Shown one piece after another: positions 53,574 to 64,000 of a stretch of 64,000 nt of DNA. Origin of the DNA: Candidatus Binatia bacterium (GTDB lineage Bacteria > Desulfobacterota > Binatia > Bin18); NCBI GenBank assembly GCA_963666315.2, contig CAXXHG010000032.1:1-64000 (forward strand), read 5' to 3'. Position numbers and translations under genes: made by a program. Each line of letters starts with the position of its first letter. Position 1 is the first letter of the stretch. Under the pieces are notes generated by a model. That model worked only from the letters and a program-made list of their open reading frames with translations, was not told the DNA's origin and did not search any database.

Positions 53574-53614
53574 CACGTTATTGGGCAAGTTCCGTGCTCT
53601 TACCCAATAACGTG
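53574..53614. repeat. 16-bp inverted repeat between convergent genes
   Basis: CACGTTATTGGGCAAG-N9-CTTACCCAATAACGTG, one mismatch. Confidence 0.65.
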
Positions 53615-53690
53615 CTAATGTCCCTTCCCAGAAAGATTCTACGAACAGATCAGATGCACTGAGGCAGCCCTTAAAACCACAGCGGGGAGT

Positions 53691-54317
53691 TTAATCACTC
53701 ACTACACTCGCATGCACCTGCGGTGTGAAGCCTTGTCTCAAGGTATCGACGTATGATTTCGGCGTGAGGACGGTAACAGAGTCATTGGATCGAAAATTCC
53801 GCGCGAACCGGTAACCAGAAAAACTCCACTTATATACAGCATCATTCCAGACCATATAGGCGTGTGGTGGCATCTCGATCATTGTCCCGGCAGGCAACGA
53901 CTTCAGCGGTGCATCGTAAGTCACTTTTTTACCGCGCTTGAGTCGTTGTGTGTGTATGACGCGGTCAATTCGGTTTATGCCCTCGGACTGTCCTTCGAGT
54001 AAGTGGCGATTCGCCTGCAACCATGCGGCCTTGAATTCGTTGTAGCGTGGCCTACGACATGTCCCGCAAGGACGATGTCCGGCGGAAAAGGCCGTGGCCT
54101 CGTCGAGAAAGAAAAGCTCCGTCCAGGTCCGCGGTGACATCACCTGCCGTCGTCTGCCCTTGTATGCAAGCACGCAGGTAACCCAGCCCAGCACTGTGTG
54201 GGTGGTTACGATATTTTTATTAGCGTCGTGGACAATACCCCGATTACCGAGCAGCGTTCCACGATTTACGACGGCGTGACAGGCACCCCAGGGGTCAACT
54301 CTGTTCTGATACGGCAT
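53691..54317 (-). CDS. Conserved hypothetical protein with Ada-like metal-binding motif
   Basis: MPYQNRVDPWG..RGTLLGNRG, WTELFFLDEATAFSAGHRPCGTCRR. Confidence 0.8.
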   Translation of the reverse strand: MPYQNRVDPWGACHAVVNRGTLLGNRGIVHDANKNIVTTHTVLGWVTCVLAYKGRRRQVMSPRTWTELFFLDEATAFSAGHRPCGTCRRPRYNEFKAAWLQANRHLLEGQSEGINRIDRVIHTQRLKRGKKVTYDAPLKSLPAGTMIEMPPHAYMVWNDAVYKWSFSGYRFARNFRSNDSVTVLTPKSYVDTLRQGFTPQVHASVVSD

Positions 54318-54381
54318 AGAAATGAGCCATTTTCTTCTGGGGCATCTTCTTCCAAACTCGCCAAGGAGACGGAGCTCTGTT

Positions 54382-56212
54382 CTACGTGAGTTCCACGCCC
54401 TCCAGACGGCCGGTGGAACGCCACTCGTCCAGGATGCGGAAGAACTTGATGGGCCCGGCGCCGTAGGTGCCGGCGAAAAGTCCATTCGGGTTCCCGAGCT
54501 TACCCTCGTTGTTGTAGTACCCGGGCGTACACTCGGCATAGAATCGCTCGGCGATTTTGGCCTTGTCTTGCATCTCGGCCAGCCAGGCCTCTTCGGCTTC
54601 GAGGGTGGTCTCGATCCGCGTCGCGCCCTGTTGGCGAGCCTGATCGAGGATATAGGTCACGTGCTTGGCCTGCACCTTCAAGGCATGCGGCACGTTCACG
54701 GTGAGGGCAGTCTGAGTGAAGCCCAGGAAAAAGCAGTTCGGGAAACCGTTGGCCTGGAGGCCGTGCAAGGTGCGCCAGCCGTTGGCCCACTTGTCGCTGA
54801 GGGTGAGGCCGTTGCGACCGATGATGTCGTAGCCCGCCCGGCGGGTGTAGCTGGTACCGACCTCGAAGCCGGTGGCGAAGACGATGCAGTCGACCGGGTA
54901 CTCGGTACCGCCAACCACAATGCCGTGCTCCGTGATACACTCGACCCCCTTGCCGTCGGTGTCGACCAGTGTCACGTTCGGCCGGTTGAAGCTAGGCAGG
55001 TATTCATCGTGGAAGCACGGCCGCTTACAGAACTGCCGGTACCACGGCTTGAGGGCTTCGGCAGTAACTGGATCGTTAACGATGTCTTCGGCCCGAGAGC
55101 GGACCTGATTCATCTTTTGGAAGTCGACCATCTCCATGAGCTTGCCCTTCTCCCGCGGGGTGAGGCGTCGGCCCAGCTCACGGGAGGCGGTTTTGGCGGC
55201 GATGCCGGTAAGGTTGCGGAAGATCTCGGTCCAGCCGTCGCCGACGAGATCCTCTTCCTGGTCGCCACTGTTCACCAGGATGTTGAAGTTGTCCATGCGC
55301 CGCTGCTGCCAACCCGGCTCAAGGCTTTTGGCCCATTCCGGGTCGGCCTCATGGTTGTTGCGCACGTCGATCGACGATGGCGTACGCTAGAATACATACA
55401 GGTGCTTGGCCCACTGGCCGATAATGGGGAATGCACTGCACCGAGGTGCCGCCAGTGCCGATGATGGCCACCCGCTAATCGGCCAGGTCGGTGAGGTTCC
55501 CCTCGGAGTCGCCACCCGTGTAGTCGTAGTACCAGCGGCTGGTGTGGAAGGTGTGGCCCTTGAAGTCGGCGATGCCTGGGATACCCGGCAGCTTGGGCCG
55601 ATTGAGCGGTCCGTTGGCCATAGCCACGAATTGAGCCCGGATGCTGTCGCCTCGGTCGGTGTTAATAATCCAGCGTCCGCCAGTGTCATCCCAGCGCATC
55701 TCCGTCACCCCGGTCTGGAGGCAGGTGTTCTTGTAGAGGTCGTAGTGACGGGCAATGGCCTTGCTGTGCTCAAAGATTTCGGGCGCGAACGAGTATTTGT
55801 GTTTAGGGATGTAGTTCAACTCTTCGAGCAGCGGCAGATAACAATACGGCTCGACGTCGCACATGGCGCCGGGATAGCGGTTCCAATACCACGTGCCGCC
55901 GAAGTCGCCGGCCTTCTCAATCACCCGGATGTCGTCGAAGCCAGCCTCGCGTAGCCGTCCTCCCATGAGCAAACCGCCGAAGCCGCCGCCGATGATGGCC
56001 ACCTGCACCTTATCTTTGAGCGGGTCGCGCTCGATCCGCTCGGTGTAGGGGTCGTCGTTATAGCTGGCGAATGCGTCGGCGATCTCCTGGTACTGCTCAT
56101 TGCCATCCTCCCGCAGCCGTTTGTCACGCTCAAAACGGTACTTGGCCCGCAACTCAGTGGGATCAAATCCAAACTTTTCTACCGGGTCGCCGTCCAACAT
56201 GTCGATGCTCAT
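54382..56212 (-). pseudogene. Long-type Baeyer-Villiger monooxygenase, frameshifts and TAG near 55388
   Basis: GGGFGG, FKGHTFHTSRWY, YVF*RT, CKRPCFHDEYL, CTPGYYNNEG; paralog of 45477-47310. Confidence 0.9.
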
Positions 56213-56314
56213 GATCTACTCCTCAAGTCCTAAAAAAAGATGAGCGGGTACTTTAAAGGACATTTTTTCGTGAGTCTATTGGGATCGGGCAGTGGGCGAA
56301 GGGCTCTGTCATCC

Positions 56315-57141
56315 AGAACGCTATGTACCGGGGGCCTTCATCAAGATAGGGTTCTTTGCCAATGAAGCCGACTTGCTCTATCAGGACGAAGTACGCGGTA
56401 CTCTATTCGAGCAGGTAGACAAGACGATCGACCTGTTATCGTTCAAATACCTGAAAGCCTATATCAGCTATTATAGGGATACAGCGCGTCGAGCAATTTC
56501 TGTTTTCGATGGCAGCACTACGCGAGGCGCTGTTGAATGCGATTGTGCACAAGGATTACAGTAGTGGCATTCCCATCCAGATTAGTGTGTATGACGATAA
56601 GATTGTCCTCTGGAATTCAGGCTAATTGGCAGATAACTGGACCCTGGAACGTTTGCAGGAAAAGCATCCCTCAAATCCCTTTAATCCACTGATAGCCAAT
56701 GCCTTTTTTCGCTCTGGGTTTATCGAGTCCTGGGGAAGAGGTATCGAAAAGATCAATCGTGAATGCCGTTTGATGGGTTCAGAGATTCCAGTTTACAATT
56801 TGGATTTCTCCGGCTTGATGCTCACCTTTCAAGCCAATCAACGCATTCTGGAGCAGGCAGGGAAGAGTATCTGGCGGAGGAGCACATGGAAGTCACAGGG
56901 GGAAGTCACAAGGCTTCTCATGGTCTGTGACGACGAGCTAACACGCAGAGAGCTTCAGGTTCGGCTGAAGCTGAAGGGAGAAGAGAATTTCCGTAATCTG
57001 TACCTCATGCCTGCTCTCAATGCTGAGCTTATGGAAATGACCATCCCTGAGAAGCCAAGAAGCCGACTACAGAAATATCGTCGCACCGAAAAAGGAGAGG
57101 CCATGCTAGCAGTCTTGAGACCGGAAGAGCCCGAGACATGA
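56315..57141 (+). pseudogene. RecG-C/HATPase-like ATP-binding transcription regulator remnant
   Basis: GAFIKIGFF, LREALLNAIVHKDY, WNSG*L, NPLIANAFFRSGFIESWGRGI, TIPEKPRSRLQKY. Confidence 0.8.
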
Positions 57142-57274
57142 ACACCGTCAGCCAAAAGGAAATCCTGACGCAGAAGCGTGTCATTTGGTACACGTCCGAC
57201 TTCTCCTACTCAGGCCGTGGTCCAACTCTCGGACAGAGCCTCAGCTTGCCGGAGTACTAAGTCGATTGCTTCTC

Positions 57275-57600
57275 GCTGCCCGTCCGGCGGGTATTTGTAG
57301 CGTCTGAGCAGACGGTGAATGAGGTTGCCGATGTGGGCCGAACGCTTTCTCGGATCTGCCAGTCTACAGTTGTACTCCTACGGAGTTGTTCCGTCAGCTC
57401 GGTTGCGAGTACCTTGAGCGTATTGTCTCCGAGTTCACGAATCGCGCTTTCGTTGTTCGCGAGGGCATCATAGAACGCAAGCTCATCAGGGTTCAGGCTC
57501 AAGTCTTGCTCTCTTTGATATGCTGCCTGGAGATCCTTGGCCGTTACGACGAGTTCCCTCAATGACCTGGGAGGTTTTGATAGCTTGGTTGTGGTATTGG
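57275..57600 (-). pseudogene. hsdR: Type I restriction enzyme R subunit C-terminal (DUF3387) stump
   Basis: LNPDELAFYDALANNESAIRELGDNTL..TTVDWQIRESVR. Confidence 0.85.
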
Positions 57601-57701
57601 CGGAGGGTTTCGAGCAGTCGATCAGTGTATTTCTTTTCCTGAACAACGTTCGTTCGGAAATGGCATAATCATGACGCAAAATATTGAAGGGACAACAACT
57701 T

Positions 57702-58105
57702 TCATGTTTTCTCGGGAAACAGACCCGGCAGCCAGCGCGAGGCTAGTACTGCTGGGAAAGTTAAGCGTAACGGCGCGCGCGTGCTTTTGGAAAACAGGAC
57801 ACCGCGTTTAAGAAGGGATGAGGTAACGCGGCGTGCATTTCGATCGCTCGTGCCAAGAATTCCGGTGACTTCGCTCTTTGGTAATTCGCCACGATACAGA
57901 ACAGCCGCAAGGACCGCACCGAATTTTTGCGGCAGTGCGCCCGCTCGGACTTCTTCTTCGGTCCAAATCATAATGCGATGGCGTAAGCGGTCCGGCTGGA
58001 CAAGCTCTTCCATGAAACTGACTTGATCAATGCTGGTTTCAAGAAAGAATGTGGCGAATTCAGCCAATGCTTCCTCACTCAGATTACCGCGTCCGTGCGA
58101 TCTCG
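57702..58105 (-). pseudogene. Fic-family protein C-terminal stump
   Basis: GRGNLSEEALAEF..FFL..DQVSFM...RAPLRLTFP...WLPGLFP. Confidence 0.75.
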
Positions 58106-58126
58106 GGCCGAGCAGGGCTACCGGTT

Positions 58127-58860
58127 TTATCCCTCCCCCTTCGATACAACAAAAACGGTTCTGTACGTAGGCGGAAAATTGAGACAAGGCTCAAGGAACC
58201 GCAGAAGAGAGCAAAGCCAACCACTGCCGGTGCGCTTGGTAATGCGTCGCACAACGGGGCCCACAAACATGACAAGAAACCAGATCCCCAGATTGATATT
58301 ACCTAGGACCTGGACTGTTACCCCAGAACGGTCGTCTGAGAGTGAACGGCAAATACTCTCCTTCGTCGGTAAGCCATTCTGCACGTGCTCTCCCAAGAAT
58401 GAGAGATCCTTGTGAAAGAGTCGGTACACCGGAGCTAAGGCAAAGTAGAAGAATCTCTCCAATAGCGCGGCTGCTCTCCCGCTTGGAACTGCGATAAGGA
58501 ACTGGTGGCGCGTGACTCGCAGGGCCTCTCGAATAGCGCTATCTCTCTGGCTTGGCGAGAGATGTTCTAAGGTATCAACGCACACGACATAATCGCATGG
58601 AGCATCGGCCAGAGGAATCTGAGTTGCCGACGCTTGTATCAACCTCATAGAGGTAGGCCGCGTATCAAGCGGGCAATGTGTGTGTCGATTCCAATGATCG
58701 GCTGCTGAGGAAAAAATTCGGCTAATCCTACCCCCCCTGGTCCGATCTCGAGCACGCGCGAGTTCCTCTTGAGATCGGTTTGAAGCTCCTGGCCAATTGA
58801 CGAATACCTAAGAAAAACGTCAATGCCCAATCCGTGAGATGGTTCTGTCCTCGCTGCCAT
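58127..58860 (-). pseudogene. Class I SAM methyltransferase (Methyltransf_11), frameshift near 58647
   Basis: RVLEIGPGGVG; DYVVCVDTLEHL. Confidence 0.75.
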
Positions 58861-58902
58861 AAATAGCTTCCTGTATCACAAACGACGAGCATTCTCTGCA
58901 TT

Positions 58903-60381
58903 CTACGCATCTTGGGATTCAGCATAACCAAGGTTCTCAATGTCCTGTGCGTGACCACTGCGGGTAATGGTGTACTTGCTGACCAGATAGATTGAAATCC
59001 AGGGCAGGGTCAGATTGAGCGCCACATGAAAAGTGGCGAGATTGCGCATCGGCTCCTGCATTGATTCTACGGTCGGGTTCGCAGTTGAGAAGCCAAATAC
59101 CGAGAGCAGCATGCCCACAACGAACACTCCGCCTGCGCTCATCGTTTTCTGAGCGAGCGCCGGTCCCGCAGTCAAGAGGCCTTCGCTCCGGCGGCCGGTT
59201 GCGCGCTGACTTTCCTCAACAATATCGGCGACCATAGAGCCGATCAATATGAAGCCGATGACACCGAGCGAAATGAGAAACGAGCTGTGCAGTAAGAGTA
59301 TCCACCACAAAACATCGGTTCCGTTGGCTGGAAACAGCGTCACGGAAAACATTGGATCGAGCAAACGCAGGCCGACTGGAAGCGAACCCAGTGTAATCGA
59401 AAGCAAAAACAGTCCAATCGCGATTCGCTTCTTGTCTCTGCCACGGGTCAACGGATAGACCAGCACCCCACAGCTTATTGCAATCGCCATATGGACAATC
59501 GGAAAGACCTGGACTTGATCCGGCACCCATTGCCAGAAATACAGATCATAGTAGCGGTCCGTGTTGCTGTGCAGTCCTACATATAACGCAAACACAAGAC
59601 CTGCGGCGAACAACGTCAACCAGGAACGATTAGAGAGCGTCTCAACGATTTCTCGCCCAAGCTTTTGGACGCTAAATTTCGTGGGGGGGTCGACTTCCGG
59701 TACATGCAGATTAGGGATGTGGCGATGCAGGCTGACTGTCGAGATCATGCTGGTCGTAAAGATGATCAATCCCCCGATCCAAGCCATATGCCGATAGCCT
59801 TCCGGATTAAGATACGCCCTGGAGCCCTGATACTCAGCAGTCTCCGGCAGGAGAAAGGCGAGGATTATCCATGCGAACCCGGCGCCACCAAACCAGCCGT
59901 AGGCAGTCCCCCAGCCCACCATCTGCGTGCGTTGATCATAATCCTTGATCAGCTCCGGGCCGAGGGCTCCGCGTGGAATTTCGTAGAACGTCATCGACAC
60001 ACGCACCGCGATGGTCAGCAATAATAGCTGAAAAAATAGACCGTCTTGGCTCAGATCGGCCGGCGGCTGGAGGAGGGCATAAAACGACACGGCGAACGGA
60101 ATAATGCCTGCATACATGAAGGGATGTCGTCGCCCCCAACGCGTGTGCGCCCGGTCGGACCATACCCCAACCAACGGATCGGTGATCGCATCGACTACAA
60201 GCGCGAGCGCGAGCGCCAGCCCCGCCAGTGCTGGATCCAGCCCGAGAACTTGGTTGTAATAAACCAGCAACCAGCCCCCGAATACATGGTTTTTCACGCC
60301 GATCGCGATAGCGCCAAAACCCAGTGCATTCAGAGTGCCGGGGCTGGCGCGCTGCGCTTTTAGCGGTTGAACTTCTTGCAT
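58903..60381 (-). CDS. MFS transporter, GPH/MelB-like
   Basis: DAITDPLVGVWSD..TRWGRRHPF, GRRSEG; about 12 hydrophobic segments. Confidence 0.92.
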   Translation of the reverse strand: MQEVQPLKAQRASPGTLNALGFGAIAIGVKNHVFGGWLLVYYNQVLGLDPALAGLALALALVVDAITDPLVGVWSDRAHTRWGRRHPFMYAGIIPFAVSFYALLQPPADLSQDGLFFQLLLLTIAVRVSMTFYEIPRGALGPELIKDYDQRTQMVGWGTAYGWFGGAGFAWIILAFLLPETAEYQGSRAYLNPEGYRHMAWIGGLIIFTTSMISTVSLHRHIPNLHVPEVDPPTKFSVQKLGREIVETLSNRSWLTLFAAGLVFALYVGLHSNTDRYYDLYFWQWVPDQVQVFPIVHMAIAISCGVLVYPLTRGRDKKRIAIGLFLLSITLGSLPVGLRLLDPMFSVTLFPANGTDVLWWILLLHSSFLISLGVIGFILIGSMVADIVEESQRATGRRSEGLLTAGPALAQKTMSAGGVFVVGMLLSVFGFSTANPTVESMQEPMRNLATFHVALNLTLPWISIYLVSKYTITRSGHAQDIENLGYAESQDA

Positions 60382-60631
60382 TTGCTACACATCCAGCCAG
60401 CGAGTATTGAGATCGGCCCAGCGTAGCGCACTGCTGGTGCAGGGTAACCCCCAGCAGGGGAGCCCCCACATCCAAACCGGTCGCAAATGCCGACCGACTT
60501 CAGCCGAGTCCTTCTTTCGTTTTTATGCAGGAGAGTATAAGGCTACTTCTTAATTGAGGGCTTGCTGTTGTAGGTGTTCCTCTCCCTCTATCGGGAAAAG
60601 GGGAAATGCGTGAGCAAAAAAGGAGACAATT

Positions 60632-61513
60632 ATGAAATACGGCCTACACGTCGGGAATGGTTTTTGCGTGACTGATCCGTCGGTGTTGCGCGACGTAGCA
60701 CAGATGGCTGAGGAGCTGGGGTATGAGTCTATTCTGATCGGCGACCACGTGCTTCCGCCGCAGAAGATCAACAGTCCCTTTCCCCTGCCGGTCGAAAACC
60801 CTCAGCTAGACATGTATGAAAAGCAAACCTGGCCGGACTGTTTTGTCATGCTCGGGTTCATGGCTGCGGCCACAACCAGAGTGCGTCTGGGCACGAGTGT
60901 GGTGATTCTTCCCTACCGCCACCCTGTGGTCATGGCGAAAATGATTACCACGCTGGATCGACTTTCCAACGGCCGCATTATCTGCGGCGTGGGCGTTGGC
61001 TGGATAGAAGAGGAATTCGCCTTTCTCAATGTTCCTTTTTCCGAACGCGGCCGTATGAGTAATGAATATATTGAGGTCATGAAAGCCCTGTGGACGGATG
61101 ATCATCCGCGTATCGATGGACGATATGTCAAGATTGATCGGGATGTCAATTTCGGCCCCATGCCCGTTCACAAACCCCACCCGCCAATTTGGATAGGTGG
61201 GAATTCGATGGCAGCCCTGCGCCGGGTGGTCCGCCTGGGCGATGGGTGGCAGCCGGCTGGAATCACCCCCGATGTGATGCAGCAGAAAATGGATCAGCTG
61301 AAGGGTTTAATGGACGAAGCTGGGCGCGGTTGGAGCGAGTTAGAGATCACGGCAATGGCCCCTACTAGCGCAAGACCTGAGGTCGCGCAGGTGTTTGAAA
61401 AAATGGGGGTAGACGTTCTGTATGGGCTCGTCTCAGCGACCGATACTGAAACGCCGAAATTATTTGCTGAGATCAAGCAGTTTGCAGCCACGATGTCCGG
61501 ACGTGAAGCGTGA
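60632..61513 (+). CDS. LLM class F420-dependent oxidoreductase (Rv2161c-like)
   Basis: AEELGYESILIGDHV, PYRHP, GVGVGWIEEEF, PPIWIGGNS, GDGW. Confidence 0.92.
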   Translation: MKYGLHVGNGFCVTDPSVLRDVAQMAEELGYESILIGDHVLPPQKINSPFPLPVENPQLDMYEKQTWPDCFVMLGFMAAATTRVRLGTSVVILPYRHPVVMAKMITTLDRLSNGRIICGVGVGWIEEEFAFLNVPFSERGRMSNEYIEVMKALWTDDHPRIDGRYVKIDRDVNFGPMPVHKPHPPIWIGGNSMAALRRVVRLGDGWQPAGITPDVMQQKMDQLKGLMDEAGRGWSELEITAMAPTSARPEVAQVFEKMGVDVLYGLVSATDTETPKLFAEIKQFAATMSGREA

Positions 61514-61625
61514 TGCGGAGGATTCGGCAGATTCGACTAGACCGACCACAACAGGATGACATCCACCTTGACGCCTGACAGACCCAATTAGCGCGTCCAG
61601 GCTAAAATTGTGCATGTCCGCGCGT

Positions 61626-61703
61626 TCATGCTTCGACGGGGCTCAGCACGAACGGGTCTTGTCCATCGCCTCTTTGGCCGTTTGCCCTGAGCCTGTCGAA
61701 GGG
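61626..61703. repeat. Inverted pair of CTTCGACxxGCTCAGxxCGAACGG REP-like units
   Basis: CTTCGACGGGGCTCAGCACGAACGG and CCGTTTGCCCTGAGCCTGTCGAAGGG between convergent genes. Confidence 0.75.
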
Positions 61704-61767
61704 GGACGGCGATAACACAACGCATAGTTTTAAGGTAGACACGCTACTATAGCCGTCTGCACTCCCC

Positions 61768-63234
61768 TCAGGTAGCAGCTTTGACTTCATACGCGTCGAT
61801 ATCAGCTTGCGTGGTACGTGCGGTGAACTCATCCATGGTATAGGGCCAATTGGTGACGAACCGACCGGAACTTGCACGATAGTAAAAATCGTTCCCACAG
61901 TCGGCCTGCCACACGTCGACGCGGCTAATGTCTTGCTGTAGCTGGTCATTAAAGGTTGTCATGACATCCGGGCGAATGTCCATCCAGGCCAGCTTCTCTT
62001 CGTCCATACGCTTGAGTTGGCGCGTGATGTAATCACATTGACGCTCCAACATGAAGAGAATGCTGCCTTGATTGGTATTGGGACCATACAGCATGAAGAG
62101 GTTCGGGAATCCTGCTGTGGTCATGCCCAGGTAGGCTTGGGCACCATCACTCCAGGCGTCCTTGAGTCGTTGCCCGTCACGGCCGGTCACCTCGAGGGCT
62201 GACAGATACGTGGTGGTTTCAAAACCAGTTGAGTAGATAATGGTGTCCACGTCGCGCGTTTCACCATCGACGGTCACGATAGAACTTGGTGTGATCTTCT
62301 CAACGGTTTCCGTTAAGAGTTCGACGTTAGCGCGATTAAACACTGGGTAGTAGACGTCGGAAAACAAGGGACGCTTACAGCCAAATGGATGGTTCGGTGT
62401 GAGTTTGCGTCGGACGTCAGGGTCCTCGACAACGGCGAGGCGCTCCAGACCTGACTTTTCGATCTCGGCGAGCAGCTTTTTATCGTTAAAAGTGCACAGC
62501 GTGTTCCACATATTATAAATGTCGTCGCGATTTTCTTGCACCACGCTCGGGTTCTGACGAAAGTGGTCGAGTTGTTCCGGTGTGTACGGGACGTTATCTT
62601 TGGGCACGACCCAATTTGCGGTGCGTTGGTACAGATACAGCTGTTCGACCTTGGATGCTATTTCAGGCACAAATTGAATCGCACTCGCGGCGATGCCGAT
62701 GACACCGACGCGTTTGCCTTGTAGGTCATCGCTGTGATCCCAACGGGCCGAATGGAATGTGGTGCCCTGAAATTCATCAATGCCGGGGATAGACGGCCAG
62801 ACGAGATTGTTAAACATGCCGAGAGCACTGATCACGACGTGGGATTCGAATTCATCTCCAGATTCGGTCACAACGTGCCAGCGCGCGTCTTCTCCCTGCC
62901 AGTGGATTGATTTGACAGTGGTATTCAGTTGGAGATGCAGCCGCAATTCATATTTGTCGGCAATATGGTTCAGATACGCGAGTATCTCCTCTTGCCCTGC
63001 AAATGGCTGAGACCAGTCATTTTTTTGTTCAAACGAAAACGAATACAAGTGTGATTGTACATCACACTCAGCACCGGGGTAGGAGTTGTGCCACCAGGTG
63101 CCTCCGATTCCATTCCCTTTTTCCAGAATAACAAAATCGTCGATACCAGCCTTTTTCAGCTGAACGCCCATGCACAGACCGGCCGAGCCTGCACCAATAA
63201 TGACTGCCCTATGTTTCTGGTTTTTTTGCTGCAT
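61768..63234 (-). CDS. Flavin-containing / Baeyer-Villiger monooxygenase (HAPMO-like short form)
   Basis: GAGSAG, GGTWWHNSYPGAECD, FQGTTFHSARWD, GCKR, FPNLFMLYGPN. Confidence 0.92.
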   Translation of the reverse strand: MQQKNQKHRAVIIGAGSAGLCMGVQLKKAGIDDFVILEKGNGIGGTWWHNSYPGAECDVQSHLYSFSFEQKNDWSQPFAGQEEILAYLNHIADKYELRLHLQLNTTVKSIHWQGEDARWHVVTESGDEFESHVVISALGMFNNLVWPSIPGIDEFQGTTFHSARWDHSDDLQGKRVGVIGIAASAIQFVPEIASKVEQLYLYQRTANWVVPKDNVPYTPEQLDHFRQNPSVVQENRDDIYNMWNTLCTFNDKKLLAEIEKSGLERLAVVEDPDVRRKLTPNHPFGCKRPLFSDVYYPVFNRANVELLTETVEKITPSSIVTVDGETRDVDTIIYSTGFETTTYLSALEVTGRDGQRLKDAWSDGAQAYLGMTTAGFPNLFMLYGPNTNQGSILFMLERQCDYITRQLKRMDEEKLAWMDIRPDVMTTFNDQLQQDISRVDVWQADCGNDFYYRASSGRFVTNWPYTMDEFTARTTQADIDAYEVKAAT

Positions 63235-63422
63235 TTGGTCTCCAATCTCGTCTCTTATGTTCGTGTCGCTGGTCGCACGCACCTCACGCACACCACAGCC
63301 TAACAGTTTTTGGACCGTTCAAAGATGAGCGCTATCGACCAGATGCGATACAAGAGAGTAAGGTAACATATGGGAGCCAATGAGCTGGGGCAAGTGAGTC
63401 TGTAATAGGGCCTGACTGTCGT

Positions 63423-64000
63423 TCACCGCCCCTTTGGTTTCCACGCGCGGGCCATCTTCTCCGCTTCCGCGAGTTGCTCGGGCGTCATGAGGTCGACAAT
63501 ATAATCGCGAACTTTGGCGAATTCGATTTGGTCCTCTCCTGAGGCAGCGGTGATTGCTAGACTGATCCCAGAGATGCGCCTGAGCGTAGTCCTGCGGGAC
63601 ACCTTTGCCCTCATAGTACCTAAACGCCAGGTGGTACTGCGCCTGTGTGTCCCCCTGGTCTGCCACTTTGCGATACCACTTCGCCGTTTCTTTGTCGTCC
63701 TGTGAGACTCCTCGGCCCACCGCGTACATGAATGCCAGGTTGGACTGTGCCAGGAGATGCCCCTGCTTCGCCGCCTTGCGATACCAGTCGGCCGCTTGTG
63801 TGTAGTCCTGCGCGACGCCCTGGCCCTGCCAGTACATGACTCCCAGGTTGTATTGCGCATCGACGTAACCCTGCTCCGCCGCTTTGCGCGTCCACGTGAC
63901 CGCTTGTGTGTAGTCCTGCACTACGCCCTGGCCCTTATAGTAATGGAGACCCAGGAAGTACTGGGCACGAGCGTGCTCCTGCTTGGCCGCTTTACGATGC
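63423..64000 (-). pseudogene. Sel1-repeat protein, partial at window edge, frameshift near 63570
   Basis: At least four repeats AEQGYVDAQYNLGVMY..GQGV.QDY; tail MTPEQLAEAEKMARAWKPK in another frame. Confidence 0.9.

Overview
GC-rich bacterial DNA with no core housekeeping genes. It is an accessory, oxidative-catabolism region in heavy decay. The intact or nearly intact content is mostly flavin/F420-type chemistry: 7 luciferase-like monooxygenase (LLM) loci, 5 Baeyer-Villiger/FMO monooxygenase loci, a HsaA-like hydroxylase, TauD, a CmcJ/NvfI-like enzyme, a Ddn-like F420 reductase, a CoA-transferase, an esterase and a divergent three-subunit acetone-carboxylase-like cluster. These genes sit among dozens of gene stumps joined end to end. 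There are six separate pieces of a class III adenylate-cyclase/AAA-ATPase/TPR (STAND-like) family, one fused in frame to a Rieske oxygenase. There are also three Sel1-repeat pieces, defence-gene debris (TM0106 nuclease-helicase, NucS-like, McrC, NUC endonuclease, HsdR, Fic) and integrative-element scars (3' halves of tRNA-Thr and tRNA-Ala with arm-like repeats and IHF-like sites, an excisionase-like HTH, a P4/D5-type primase remnant, IS6, IS256, RAYT and REP-like repeats). In-frame nonsense codons as well as frameshifts point to real pseudogenisation, although sequencing or assembly error cannot be excluded without reads. The gene mix resembles Binatia/Tectomicrobia-like organisms (inference only). 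I found no CRISPR array, rRNA, complete tRNA or reverse transcriptase. Best candidates for new biology: the cyclase-STAND family acting as a rearrangement hub with a cyclase::Rieske chimera, and the re-ordered acetone-carboxylase-like/BVMO/esterase module.
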